From the IMG/VR virus record IMGVR_UViG_2636416110_000005: a DNA stretch of 43,746 nucleotides; one strand, given 5' to 3'. Both the position numbers and the translations under genes were made by a program. This stretch comes from a virus. Its lineage: Duplodnaviria > Heunggongvirae > Uroviricota > Caudoviricetes. Within the stretch, counting starts at the first letter, position 1, and the number at the start of each line of letters is the position of its first letter. This document shows positions 8,503-16,625 of the stretch, one piece after another. Under the pieces are notes generated by a model that did no database searches, was not told the DNA's origin, and was given only the letters and a program-made list of their open reading frames with translations.

Positions 8503-8945
8503 GTGCACCGGCAACCATTCTTGATATGTGCTGTGGCAGCCGCATGTTCTGGTTCGATAAGTCTGACGAACGGGCGATATTCAGCGATATCAGAAAAGAA
8601 GGATACACATTACGCAATGGGAGACGCTTGATTATCAGCCCTGACATTATCGCAGATTTTCGTGCATTATCATTTGCAGACGCATCTTTTTCGATGGTTG
8701 TATTAGACCCTCCGCATCTTGAGAGTGTTGGTGATAACGCCTGGATGGGAAAGAAATATGGACGGCTGAATAAAGATGCCTGGCGTGATGATTCGCGACA
8801 GAGATTTAAAGAAGCCTTTCGGGTGTTGAGGCCGCACGGCGTTCTGATTTTTTAATGGAATGAAACGCAAATACCGGTAAGCCAGATTCTGGCACTGACA
8901 GACAGAAAACCTGTTATCTGTCAACGAACAGGGAAAAAACGATAA
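8499..8945 (+). pseudogene. SAM-dependent (DNA) methyltransferase-like gene interrupted by in-frame TAA
   Basis: ILDMCCGSRMF (motif I-like) and MVVLDPPH (DPPY/DPPH-like motif IV) in ORF 8499..8855; TAA at 8853..8855 is followed in frame by 29 more sense codons (WNETQIPVSQILALTDRKPVICQRTGKKR) to TAA 8943..8945. Confidence 0.55.
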
Positions 8946-9117
8946 AACCCACTGGATTATTTTTATGAAAGAGGCATCCAGTGAGTAGATTCGTAAGGCT
9001 ACAGATACGTATATCTGAATAATTAAATTCAGTTCTGTAAATAAAATTTAATCCTTAACCGGATGGATTTCTGCACCCTCAGAACATCAGGAGGCCGCCC
9101 GAAAGGGCGGTAGTGAA

Positions 9118-9228
9118 ATGCGAAAGTTCAAAATTATTATTGAAACGGGAATAGCTGGTGGAGATTTTGAGGATGTATTCGAAGTGGACGATGACGCAAC
9201 ACCTGAGGAAATTCATGACGGAGCATAA
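9118..9228 (+). CDS. small acidic hypothetical protein (36 aa)
   Basis: MRKFKIIIETGIAGGDFEDVFEVDDDATPEEIHDGA read by hand; AGGAGG at 9089..9094 is separated from the ATG by a GCCGCCC-GAAA-GGGCGG hairpin. Confidence 0.3.
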   Translation: MRKFKIIIETGIAGGDFEDVFEVDDDATPEEIHDGA

Positions 9229-9277
9229 GAAATTTTCTTTAACTACTGCAATTACTCATACCACGAAATAAAAGACG

Positions 9278-9469
9278 ATGAGGAAGAACAAAGTGGCTGA
9301 TTTTTGTTCAGCTAAATATAACATCAGTTTTGAAGAGCGGGATGAACTATTAATGGACTATGGTGAGTTACGCGGTGGAAGTGCTGCTGATGTCGAATCC
9401 TAGCGTGATGACTATGAAGCGGGAAAAACTCCGGTCGAAGCATATTGTGATGAGTGGGGCGATGAATGA
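9278..9469 (+). pseudogene. small ORF with in-frame TAG (41 codons, TAG 9401..9403, 21 codons)
   Basis: MRKNKVADFCSAKYNISFEERDELLMDYGELRGGSAADVES*RDDYEAGKTPVEAYCDEWGDE; its TGA overlaps the ATG of the next ORF. Confidence 0.3.
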
Positions 9470-9753
9470 GCGAGATTAATTATCAGGAAGGGCATGAAAC
9501 GGCGGGGCAAGCAAAACCAGTGGCATGGCGATATCGCTACGTGAAAAAAGGCGTTACGGACTTTCAGGGGAAGTAGTGGTCTGGTGACTGGAAATATGTA
9601 CCGAAAAAAGAGGATTGTAACGACAGGCCGAACTATCAAATTCAGGCCTTATTCACTGCCTCACCAGTCCCAGTTACATCAGAAGAACTGGTTAAAGCTG
9701 TGCACTTTTATGAACAACTAAAACGCGAAAATCCACCAACATCCGGCAACTAG
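9466..9753 (+). pseudogene. small ORF with in-frame TAG (36 codons, TAG 9574..9576, 58 codons)
   Basis: MSEINYQEGHETAGQAKPVAWRYRYVKKGVTDFQGK*WSGDWKYVPKKEDCNDRPNYQIQALFTASPVPVTSEELVKAVHFYEQLKRENPPTSGN; start overlaps preceding ORF stop (ATGA). Confidence 0.3.
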
Positions 9754-10008
9754 ATTAATGGATTAACTATGTCGGTTAAACGACCAGCCAACTGAAAAAG
9801 CGGAAACCTGATTACAGGTTGCCAGATAAGGCAATGAGCTACCTGGCGCGGAACGGACTGATAAGTATGGGGAATGTTTTACGATGAACCTTTAGACTAA
9901 AGAGTTTGTAACGCTATGTAAGTGATTTTTTCTGGTTTAGATATTTATATGTCCGGCCAAATTGAGGTGTGTTTAAATGTAATTGCACATTGATTGTAGG
10001 AGGAATAA

Positions 10009-10187
10009 TGAAAAACGCATTGCAGTTTTTGTTTGTTGCGTTCTGGTTGTTCGCATCATGTATGCCCATCATCTTCACAGCAAGGTATATGGAAAAAGTT
10101 GATGTTTTGATATTAATATTTGGATATATAAATGCCCTTTTTTTAGGGGTGTTCATGGCGGTCATGTGCATTGAATACTGGCGGTAA
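10009..10187 (+). CDS. small hydrophobic (two predicted TM) protein, 59 aa
   Basis: MKNALQFLFVAFWLFASCMPIIFTARYMEKVDVLILIFGYINALFLGVFMAVMCIEYWR; strong SD AGGAGG 6 nt upstream of ATG 10009; AT-rich upstream region. Confidence 0.5.
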
Positions 10188-10459
10188 ATACAGCGAACTC
10201 CATTGGTTTAGTTGGATATTTACTGTGCTGGACAAAAACGGTTTGCGGGGAAATCTTAGTTAAGTAGAATGACTGCGGGTGCTTGAGGCTATCTGCCTCG
10301 GGCATGGACACCAACGGCAGATAGAGAAAAGCCCCAGTTAACATTACGCGTCCTGCAAGACGCTTAACATTAATCTGAGGCCAATTTCATGCTAGACACA
10401 TGTAGGTTAGCCTCTTACGTGCCGAAAGGCACGGAGAAGCAGGCTATTGTTAACACCAA

Positions 10460-12080
10460 GCTGTAATGTCCCCTTTGAACCATTCTAAAATGTCCCCAGA
10501 CAATTCTCTGGGGGATTTTTCATGATCAAAGAGACTGTTACGATGAGTCATAAGGAACTCCACCGACTTCAGATTATTCAGGAACAAGCTGCGGCACGCA
10601 TTGGCATTTCTATTCGGCAGGTTAAACGTCTGGTGCAACGGTATAGAAATGAAGGGCCTTCTGGTCTGGTTTCCCACCGACGTGGAAAGCGTCCTAATAA
10701 TTCCTTTTCTACTGAATTCAGAGCAACAGTAATTTCACTCCTCAAAGGCCGTTACGCTGATTTTGGACCTACGTTTGCGTGCGAAAAATTGCGCGAGATA
10801 CACGGTTTATCTTTATCCGTTGAAACTCTCAGAAAGTGGATGATAGAAGAGGGGTTATGGCGTGAACGCCGTCGTAAAATTGCCCGTATATATCAACGCC
10901 GCATGCGACGACCATCTTACGGTGAACTGATCCAGATTGATGGCTCACCTCATGACTGGTTTGAAAATCGAGGCCCCAGATGTACACTGATCGTTTTCAT
11001 TGATGATGCCACCAGTGCGTTGATGGCGTTGCGTTTTGTGCCTGCTGAAACAACCCGGGCTTACATGGAAACCCTCCGGGGTTACCTTAATGATCATGGC
11101 GTACCGCTCGCTCTCTACTCTGATAGACACAGTATATTCAGGGTAAATAACCCAGAGCGGGAAGGTGAGCTGACCCAGTTCACTCGTGCGATAAAGACAC
11201 TGGGCATCGAGCCAATCCATGCCAACAGCCCGCAGGCAAAAGGGCGGGTAGAGCGCGCCAATCAGACACTACAGGACAGGCTGGTCAAAGAAATGCGGCT
11301 TCAGAATATCAGTGATATTGAAACAGCAAATGCATGGTTGCCGACCTTTATTGAAGCCTATAACAACCGGTTCGCTACGTCGCCTCGTACTACTGATAAT
11401 GCTCATCTTGATGTGCACCATTCTGAAGAGGAACTGGGTTATATCTTCAGCCTACAGGCGAAGCGCGTTCTGTCTAAAAATCTCACTTTCCAGTACAAAA
11501 GCAGTGCGTTTCAGGTACGCAGTGAGGGCCGGGGATATCGACTTAGGCATTCGGTTGTTACTGTATGCGAGAACTTTGACGGTGAAATTAACGTTCTGTA
11601 TGACGGGAAAGCGCTGGGCTGGGAAAAGTATGTTGATGGCCCGGAGCCTATACCACTGGATGATGAAAAGAGTGTCCATGAACGAGTGGATAATGCCCGT
11701 ATTGATTTACGCTCAAAATACTATGTTAAACCTAAAGCTGACCATCCCTGGCTTACGCGCCGAACGCAAAGTCATCAGCAAGTTAAGCCCCCGAAGTTAC
11801 CTAAAAAGAAGCCTGATCCCGATAAAAAAGATTGAAACCAAGATCGATTCGGTTGAGTGCATATCCATTCATAGGGTAGATTCTTAAGTCGCGTTTCTGG
11901 TGTTCATTTTCGGGTGGTTTGTTACTTGTTTTACCGGGGATATGCCAGAAACGCGCTGAGTCAGTCTGGGCGGTGCGCGTAATGAGGCGTTATGGTAAAT
12001 AGCCTATGCTAATGTCCGCTAAGAGCAAGAAGCGGAAGTTGGCAGTTTTGTGGACTGTCCCCACAAAAGTGACTACAGAA
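10460..12080 (+). mobile_element. ISNCY-like insertion sequence (boundaries approximate)
   Basis: Transposase ORF flanked by repeated TGTCCCC-containing motifs (10465..10473, 10488..10496, about 12048..12056); terminal inverted repeats could not be defined by eye. Confidence 0.35.
10522..11835 (+). CDS. DDE transposase, ISNCY-like family
   Basis: 437-aa ORF with N-terminal HTH-like segment and integrase-core-like region (IDGSPHDWF ... DDATS ... lysine-rich C-terminus); family from memory, not a search. Confidence 0.75.
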   Translation: MIKETVTMSHKELHRLQIIQEQAAARIGISIRQVKRLVQRYRNEGPSGLVSHRRGKRPNNSFSTEFRATVISLLKGRYADFGPTFACEKLREIHGLSLSVETLRKWMIEEGLWRERRRKIARIYQRRMRRPSYGELIQIDGSPHDWFENRGPRCTLIVFIDDATSALMALRFVPAETTRAYMETLRGYLNDHGVPLALYSDRHSIFRVNNPEREGELTQFTRAIKTLGIEPIHANSPQAKGRVERANQTLQDRLVKEMRLQNISDIETANAWLPTFIEAYNNRFATSPRTTDNAHLDVHHSEEELGYIFSLQAKRVLSKNLTFQYKSSAFQVRSEGRGYRLRHSVVTVCENFDGEINVLYDGKALGWEKYVDGPEPIPLDDEKSVHERVDNARIDLRSKYYVKPKADHPWLTRRTQSHQQVKPPKLPKKKPDPDKKD

Positions 12081-12271
12081 ATAGTTGCAATTCATAATTG
12101 ATCATGGGTTGTCAGTTAAACTCGTGGCGATTTAAATAGACTAATTGGGAGTGCGTCCATTACTTATATCTTGTAATGTTAACTATCAGAAATGATACAA
12201 AGATAATATGTCTTTAAAGAAAAGGCTGATGGCGAAAAGTGGCCCGATGAGGGCCACAATACGGCTGTCAC

Positions 12272-12604
12272 TTAGACGTAAATATCAATGGTGCCAGCGG
12301 TATTTGTATCGTCTTTTTTCTCTTCTTTTTTATCAGGCTGAACTGTCGCGTCTTCATTCTTTTTCTCTGCCTGCTGCCTTAACAACTGCTCCAGTTGAGC
12401 CCAGAGGCTTTCAATTTGCTTCTGTACCAATGCAGCCATTTCTTTTTTCTGCTGTGTCGTCATCCCCTCTTCCGATGAGATTTTCCCAAGCTTTTCAGTC
12501 AGCACCTGAATTTGTCTTGTGATTTTGGCTATTTCTGATGTTCCTTCCGGGGCGGAGTTGTTTGAAATAACGGTTGAGGTATTTCCCTGAATTGTGACAG
12601 ACAT
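12272..12604 (-). CDS. flxA: FlxA-like protein
   Basis: 110-aa ORF MSVTIQGNTSTVISNNSAPEGTSEIAKITRQIQVLTEKLGK...; matches remembered K-12 FlxA; AGGAG RBS. Confidence 0.85.
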   Translation of the reverse strand: MSVTIQGNTSTVISNNSAPEGTSEIAKITRQIQVLTEKLGKISSEEGMTTQQKKEMAALVQKQIESLWAQLEQLLRQQAEKKNEDATVQPDKKEEKKDDTNTAGTIDIYV

Positions 12605-12627
12605 AGATTTCTCCTTTTAAAAAAGCA

Positions 12628-12654
12628 CTATCGGCATGCACAAAAAAATCTTTA
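12628..12654 (-). promoter_or_regulatory. sigma-28 (FliA) type promoter upstream of flxA
   Basis: On the minus strand TAAAGATT-N11-GCCGATAG about 25 nt upstream of the flxA ATG; consensus is TAAAGTTT-N11-GCCGATAA. Confidence 0.7.
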
Positions 12655-12806
12655 ATCGTATTTCTTGTGTCATTAATTGTTTGATGTTCAGATTGTTTTC
12701 CTCGCGGGCTGGCGCGCCTCAGAAAGTAAAGCTTGTTGACAGGGGTAAACGTTCGGCAATAATTTTCTGCCGCATGCGGGTGTTGCATAAAACGTGTTAC
12801 GTTCCT

Positions 12807-13112
12807 TTATCGACAGGTCAGGTCACCGCTCACCCGCCGACGAGAAAGCAACACTGACATGCTAAAGCAAAAAATAGATGAATAAGTTGAGTTGTGCATA
12901 TGTAGCCTGACCGTCACAAAGTATATGGTGTCTGTACCAGTAAGATGATGGCCGGACTCTTTAAAAACGAGCTGACCTGCACAATACAGGATGGACTTAG
13001 CAATGGCTGCTCCTGGCACAAAGCGGACAGTGATCACCGTTCTTACGACTACTTTCTGACTTCCTTCGTGACTTGCCCTAAGCATGTTGTAGTGCGATAC
13101 TTGTAATGACAT
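12807..13112 (-). CDS. ydfV: YdfV-like hypothetical protein
   Basis: 101-aa ORF, same length and position as K-12 ydfV; putative start codon lies inside the relO repeats, so coding status is uncertain. Confidence 0.35.
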   Translation of the reverse strand: MSLQVSHYNMLRASHEGSQKVVVRTVITVRFVPGAAIAKSILYCAGQLVFKESGHHLTGTDTIYFVTVRLHMHNSTYSSIFCFSMSVLLSRRRVSGDLTCR

Positions 13113-13124
13113 TTGTAATTACAA
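13101..13124 (+). promoter_or_regulatory. relBE operator (relO-like repeats)
   Basis: Tandem TTGTAATGACAT / TTGTAATTACAA just upstream of relB RBS AGAGG. Confidence 0.7.
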
Positions 13125-13136
13125 GAGGTGTAAGAC

Positions 13137-13376
13137 ATGGGTAGCATTAACCTGCGTATTGACGATGAACTTAAAGCGCGTTCTTACGCCGCGCTTGAAA
13201 AAATGGGTGTAACTCCTTCTGAAGCGCTTCGTCTCATGCTCGAGTATATCGCTGACAATGAACGCTTGCCGTTCAAACAGACACTCCTGAGTGATGAAGA
13301 TGCTGAACTTGTGGAGATAGTGAAAGAACGGCTTCGTAATCCTAAGCCAGTACGTGTGACGCTGGATGAACTCTGA
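13137..13376 (+). CDS. relB: RelB antitoxin
   Basis: 79-aa ORF MGSINLRIDDELKARSYAALEKMGVTPSEALRLMLEYIADNERLPF...; matches remembered RelB. Confidence 0.9.
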   Translation: MGSINLRIDDELKARSYAALEKMGVTPSEALRLMLEYIADNERLPFKQTLLSDEDAELVEIVKERLRNPKPVRVTLDEL

Positions 13377-13663
13377 TGGCGTATTTTCTGGATTTTGACG
13401 AGCGGGCACTAAAGGAATGGCGAAAGCTGGGCTCGACGGTACGTGAACAGTTGAAAAAGAAGCTGGTTGAAGTACTTGAGTCACCCCGGATTGAAGCAAA
13501 CAAGCTCCGTGGTATGCCTGATTGTTACAAGATTAAGCTCCGGTCTTCAGGCTATCGCCTTGTATACCAGGTTATAGACGAGAAAGTTGTCGTTTTCGTG
13601 ATTTCTGTTGGGAAAAGAGAACGCTCGGAAGTATATAGCGAGGCGGTCAAACGCATTCTCTGA
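13376..13663 (+). CDS. relE: RelE mRNA interferase toxin
   Basis: 95-aa ORF MAYFLDFDERALKEWRKLGSTVREQLKKKLVEVLESPRIEANKLRGMPDCYKIKLRSSGYRLVYQ...; start overlaps relB stop. Confidence 0.9.
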   Translation: MAYFLDFDERALKEWRKLGSTVREQLKKKLVEVLESPRIEANKLRGMPDCYKIKLRSSGYRLVYQVIDEKVVVFVISVGKRERSEVYSEAVKRIL

Positions 13664-13734
13664 ACCAAAGCATGACATCTCTGTTTCGCACCGAAGGTGA
13701 CACTTCTGCTTTGCGTTGACAGGAGAAGCAGGCT

Positions 13735-13890
13735 ATGAAGCAGCAAAAGGCGATGTTAATCGCCCTGATCGTCATCTGTTTAACCGTCATAGTGACGGCA
13801 CTGGTAACGAGGAAAGACCTCTGCGAGGTACGAATCCGAACCGGCCAGACGGAGGTCGCTGTCTTCACAGCTTACGAACCTGAGGAGTAA
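13735..13890 (+). CDS. hokD: Hok-family membrane toxin HokD (RelF)
   Basis: Read by hand (below ORF-track cutoff): MKQQKAMLIALIVICLTVIVTALVTRKDLCEVRIRTGQTEVAVFTAYEPEE (51 aa), downstream of relE. Confidence 0.85.
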   Translation: MKQQKAMLIALIVICLTVIVTALVTRKDLCEVRIRTGQTEVAVFTAYEPEE

Positions 13891-13958
13891 GAGACCCGGC
13901 GGGGGAGAAATCCCTCGCCACCTCTGATGTGGCAGGCATCCTCAACGCACCCGCACTT

Positions 13959-13985
13959 AACCCGCTTCGGCGGGTTTTTGTTTTT
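13959..13985 (+). terminator. Rho-independent terminator after hokD
   Basis: CCCGC-TTCG-GCGGG hairpin followed by TTTTTGTTTTT. Confidence 0.7.
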
Positions 13986-14106
13986 ATTTTCAACGCGTTT
14001 GAAGTTCTGGACGGTGCCGGAATAGAATCAAAAATACTTAAGTAGCGCGCAGGGATAAGAGGGATGGTCCCTTAAAGGGGAGAGCTAATTATCCGGAAGG
14101 ATTCTG

Positions 14107-14358
14107 ATGATGAACATCGAAGAACTGCGTAAAATTTTTTGTGAAGATGGCCTCTATGCTGTGTGCGTTGAAAATGGAAATCTTGTTAGTCATTACCGCA
14201 TTATGTGTTTGCGAAAGAATGGGGCTGCGTTAATTAATTTTGTGGATGCTCGGGTCACGGACGGATTTATCTTGCGCGAAGGTGAGTTTGTCACTTCATT
14301 ACAGGCATTGAAAGAGATCGGAATAAAAGCTGGCTTTTCTGCTTTTTCAGGAGAATAA
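14107..14358 (+). CDS. rem: Rem-like protein
   Basis: 83-aa ORF MMNIEELRKIFCEDGLYAVCVENGNLVSHYRIMCLRKNGAALINFVDARV...; matches remembered K-12 Rem. Confidence 0.8.
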   Translation: MMNIEELRKIFCEDGLYAVCVENGNLVSHYRIMCLRKNGAALINFVDARVTDGFILREGEFVTSLQALKEIGIKAGFSAFSGE

Positions 14359-14424
14359 ACTCATCTACAATCTTGCGCGGGGCTGAACTCCCGCTGAGTA
14401 ACACCGTGCCACCGGAGAAAACCG

Positions 14425-14703
14425 ATGGCACGCAACGCAAAATATTACAATTCTGATAATTCGCCCGTTCTTGCCTGCACGCACGGGCGGTATTCTCACG
14501 CATTCAAGTCTGAATGGTTCCAGCACCCTCCATGCACTGCAGAACAGGCCGAATGGCTGATTCATTCTTACCGCAGGCGCGGGTTCGAGGTTAAGAAAGC
14601 TCTCAGTCTCGACTATCGGCACTGGATAATCTCTGTCAGGCTGCCTTATTCCGAACGCCCACCACGTGCGTCCCGCACTTTCCAGCAACGGATCTGGAGG
14701 TAA
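14425..14703 (+). CDS. hypothetical protein (92 aa)
   Basis: ORF whose stop TAA (14701..14703) immediately precedes the GTG start of ydfU, with GGAGG inside its 3' end serving as the ydfU SD. Confidence 0.5.
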   Translation: MARNAKYYNSDNSPVLACTHGRYSHAFKSEWFQHPPCTAEQAEWLIHSYRRRGFEVKKALSLDYRHWIISVRLPYSERPPRASRTFQQRIWR

Positions 14704-14704
14704 C

Positions 14705-15754
14705 GTGCGGGTATTACTTAGACCTGTTCTGGTGCCTGAGCTTGGGCTGGTGGTCCTTAAGCCGGGCCGTGAATCCATACAGATATTTCATAATCCTCGA
14801 GTGCTGGTGGAACCGGAACCAAAAAGCATGCGTAATCTGCCATCCGGAGTCGTTCCTGCCGTTCGCCAGCCGCTGGCGGAAGACAAAACATTGCTGCCGT
14901 TTTTTAGTAACGAACGGGTGATTCGTGCTGCTGGCGGCGTTGGCGCATTGTCCGACTGGCTATTACGTCATGTTACATCCTGCCAGTGGCCTAATGGCGA
15001 TTACCATCACACTGAAACAGTCATTCACCGTTATGGTACCGGCGCAATGGTGTTGTGCTGGCACTGCGACAACCAACTGCGTGACCAGACATCGGAATCA
15101 CTGGAGCTGCTTGCTCAACAAAATCTGACAGCATGGGTGATTGACGTCATCCGTCACGCAATAAGCGGTACGCAGGAGCGGGAATTATCTTTGGCTGAAT
15201 TATCCTGGTGGGCGGTCTGCAATCAGGTGGTGGATGCACTACCTGAGGCTGTATCGCGTCGTTCGCTGGGATTACCAGCGGAAAAAATCTGCTCGGTGTA
15301 CCGCGAAAGCGACATCGTACCGGGAGAGCAGACCGCCACCAGCATATTGAAACAACGCACAAAAAATCTTGCACCGTTGCCTTACGCCCACCAGCAACAA
15401 AAATCACCACAGGAAAAGACGGTGGTAAGCATCACCGTTGATCCAGAGTCTCCGGAATCTTTCATGAAGCTGCCTAAACGTCGCCGCTGGGTTAAGGAGA
15501 AATACACACGTTGGGTTAAGACACAGCCGTGTGCTTGCTGCGGTATGCCAGCCGACGATCCGCATCATCTGATTGGTCACGGGCAGGGCGGAATGGGAAC
15601 AAAAGCACATGATCTCTTTGTGTTGCCTTTGTGCAGAAAGCATCACAACGAGCTGCATACGGATACAGTGGCATTTGAAGATAAGTATGGCTCCCAACTG
15701 GAGCTGATATTTCGTTTTATCGATCGCGCGCTGGCAATTGGCGTACTGGCGTAA
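14705..15754 (+). CDS. ydfU: YdfU-like DUF968 protein with C-terminal Cys/His (HNH-like) motif
   Basis: 349-aa product from GTG 14705 with SD GGAGG 7 nt upstream; C-terminus CACCGMPADDPHHLIGHGQGGMGTKAHDLFVLPLCRKHHNELH. Confidence 0.75.
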   Translation: MRVLLRPVLVPELGLVVLKPGRESIQIFHNPRVLVEPEPKSMRNLPSGVVPAVRQPLAEDKTLLPFFSNERVIRAAGGVGALSDWLLRHVTSCQWPNGDYHHTETVIHRYGTGAMVLCWHCDNQLRDQTSESLELLAQQNLTAWVIDVIRHAISGTQERELSLAELSWWAVCNQVVDALPEAVSRRSLGLPAEKICSVYRESDIVPGEQTATSILKQRTKNLAPLPYAHQQQKSPQEKTVVSITVDPESPESFMKLPKRRRWVKEKYTRWVKTQPCACCGMPADDPHHLIGHGQGGMGTKAHDLFVLPLCRKHHNELHTDTVAFEDKYGSQLELIFRFIDRALAIGVLA

Positions 15755-15767
15755 GTGGAGAACGAGC

Positions 15768-16520
15768 ATGAACCTTGAAGCCTTACCAAAATATTACTCC
15801 CCAAAATCTCCAAAATTGAGCGATGACGCTCCAGCGACAGGCACCGGTTGTTTAACAATTACGGATGTAATGGCAGCGCAGGGGATGGTGCAGTCGAAAG
15901 CACCACTTGGGTTGGCCTTATTTCTGGCAAAAGTTGGTGTTCAGGACCCTCAGTTTGCGATTGAAGGCCTGCTAAATTACGCGATGGCACTGGATAACCC
16001 GACATTGAACAAATTGAGTGAAGAAATCCGGTTACAGATTATTCCTTACCTCGTGAGTTTTGCCTTTGCTGATTACTCCAGGTCTGCGGCAAGTAAGGCT
16101 CGCTGTGAGCATTGTTCAGGTACGGGATTTTATAATGTATTGCGCGAAGTGGTGAAACACTACAGACGCGGGGAATCTGTAATCAAGGAAGAATGGGTGA
16201 AGGAACTATGTCAGCATTGCCATGGTAAGGGCGAAGCCAGCACAGCGTGCAGAGGGTGTAAGGGTAAAGGGATTGTTCTGGATGAAAAAAGAACCCGGTT
16301 TCATGGCGTACCGGTATATAAGATTTGTGGGCGTTGTAATGGAAACCGGTTTAGTCGTTTACCGACCACGCTGGCACGACGTCATGTCCAGAAGCTGGTA
16401 CCAGACCTGACCGATTATCAGTGGTATAAGGGGTATGCGGACGTCATTGGTAAACTGGTAACAAAGTGCTGGCAGGAAGAAGCATACGCGGAAGCGCAAT
16501 TGAGGAAGGTGACGAGATAA
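15768..16520 (+). CDS. quuQ: late-gene antiterminator, Q-like (QuuQ family)
   Basis: 250-aa product from ATG 15768 (SD GTGGAG); several CxxC pairs (CEHCSGTG, CQHCHGKG, CRGCKGKG, CGRCNG); directly upstream of late promoter/lysis region. Confidence 0.8.
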   Translation: MNLEALPKYYSPKSPKLSDDAPATGTGCLTITDVMAAQGMVQSKAPLGLALFLAKVGVQDPQFAIEGLLNYAMALDNPTLNKLSEEIRLQIIPYLVSFAFADYSRSAASKARCEHCSGTGFYNVLREVVKHYRRGESVIKEEWVKELCQHCHGKGEASTACRGCKGKGIVLDEKRTRFHGVPVYKICGRCNGNRFSRLPTTLARRHVQKLVPDLTDYQWYKGYADVIGKLVTKCWQEEAYAEAQLRKVTR

Positions 16521-16551
16521 ATGATTTTTGCTGAAGATGGCGACATGATGT

Positions 16552-16580
16552 TTGCATTTTTCAAAAAATATGGATAAAAT
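16552..16580 (+). promoter_or_regulatory. candidate late promoter (PR'-like) downstream of Q
   Basis: TTGCAT (16552..16557), 17-nt spacer, TAAAAT (16575..16580). Confidence 0.5.
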
Positions 16581-16625
16581 TTTTTCAACGATGGGTTTTG
16601 TATACCCGACGTTAAGAAAAAGTAG

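Noticed and set aside
11312-11887. 191-aa plus-strand ORF overlapping the transposase 3' half
   Set aside because: Alternate frame within the transposase gene; no independent support.
10200-12270. Attempt to define ISNCY terminal inverted repeats and target duplication
   Set aside because: Only short TGTCCCC-containing motifs recur; no convincing inverted terminal repeats found by eye, so boundaries are left approximate.
12208-12522. 104-aa plus-strand ORF overlapping flxA
   Set aside because: Antisense to the recognised FlxA gene with its sigma-28 promoter.
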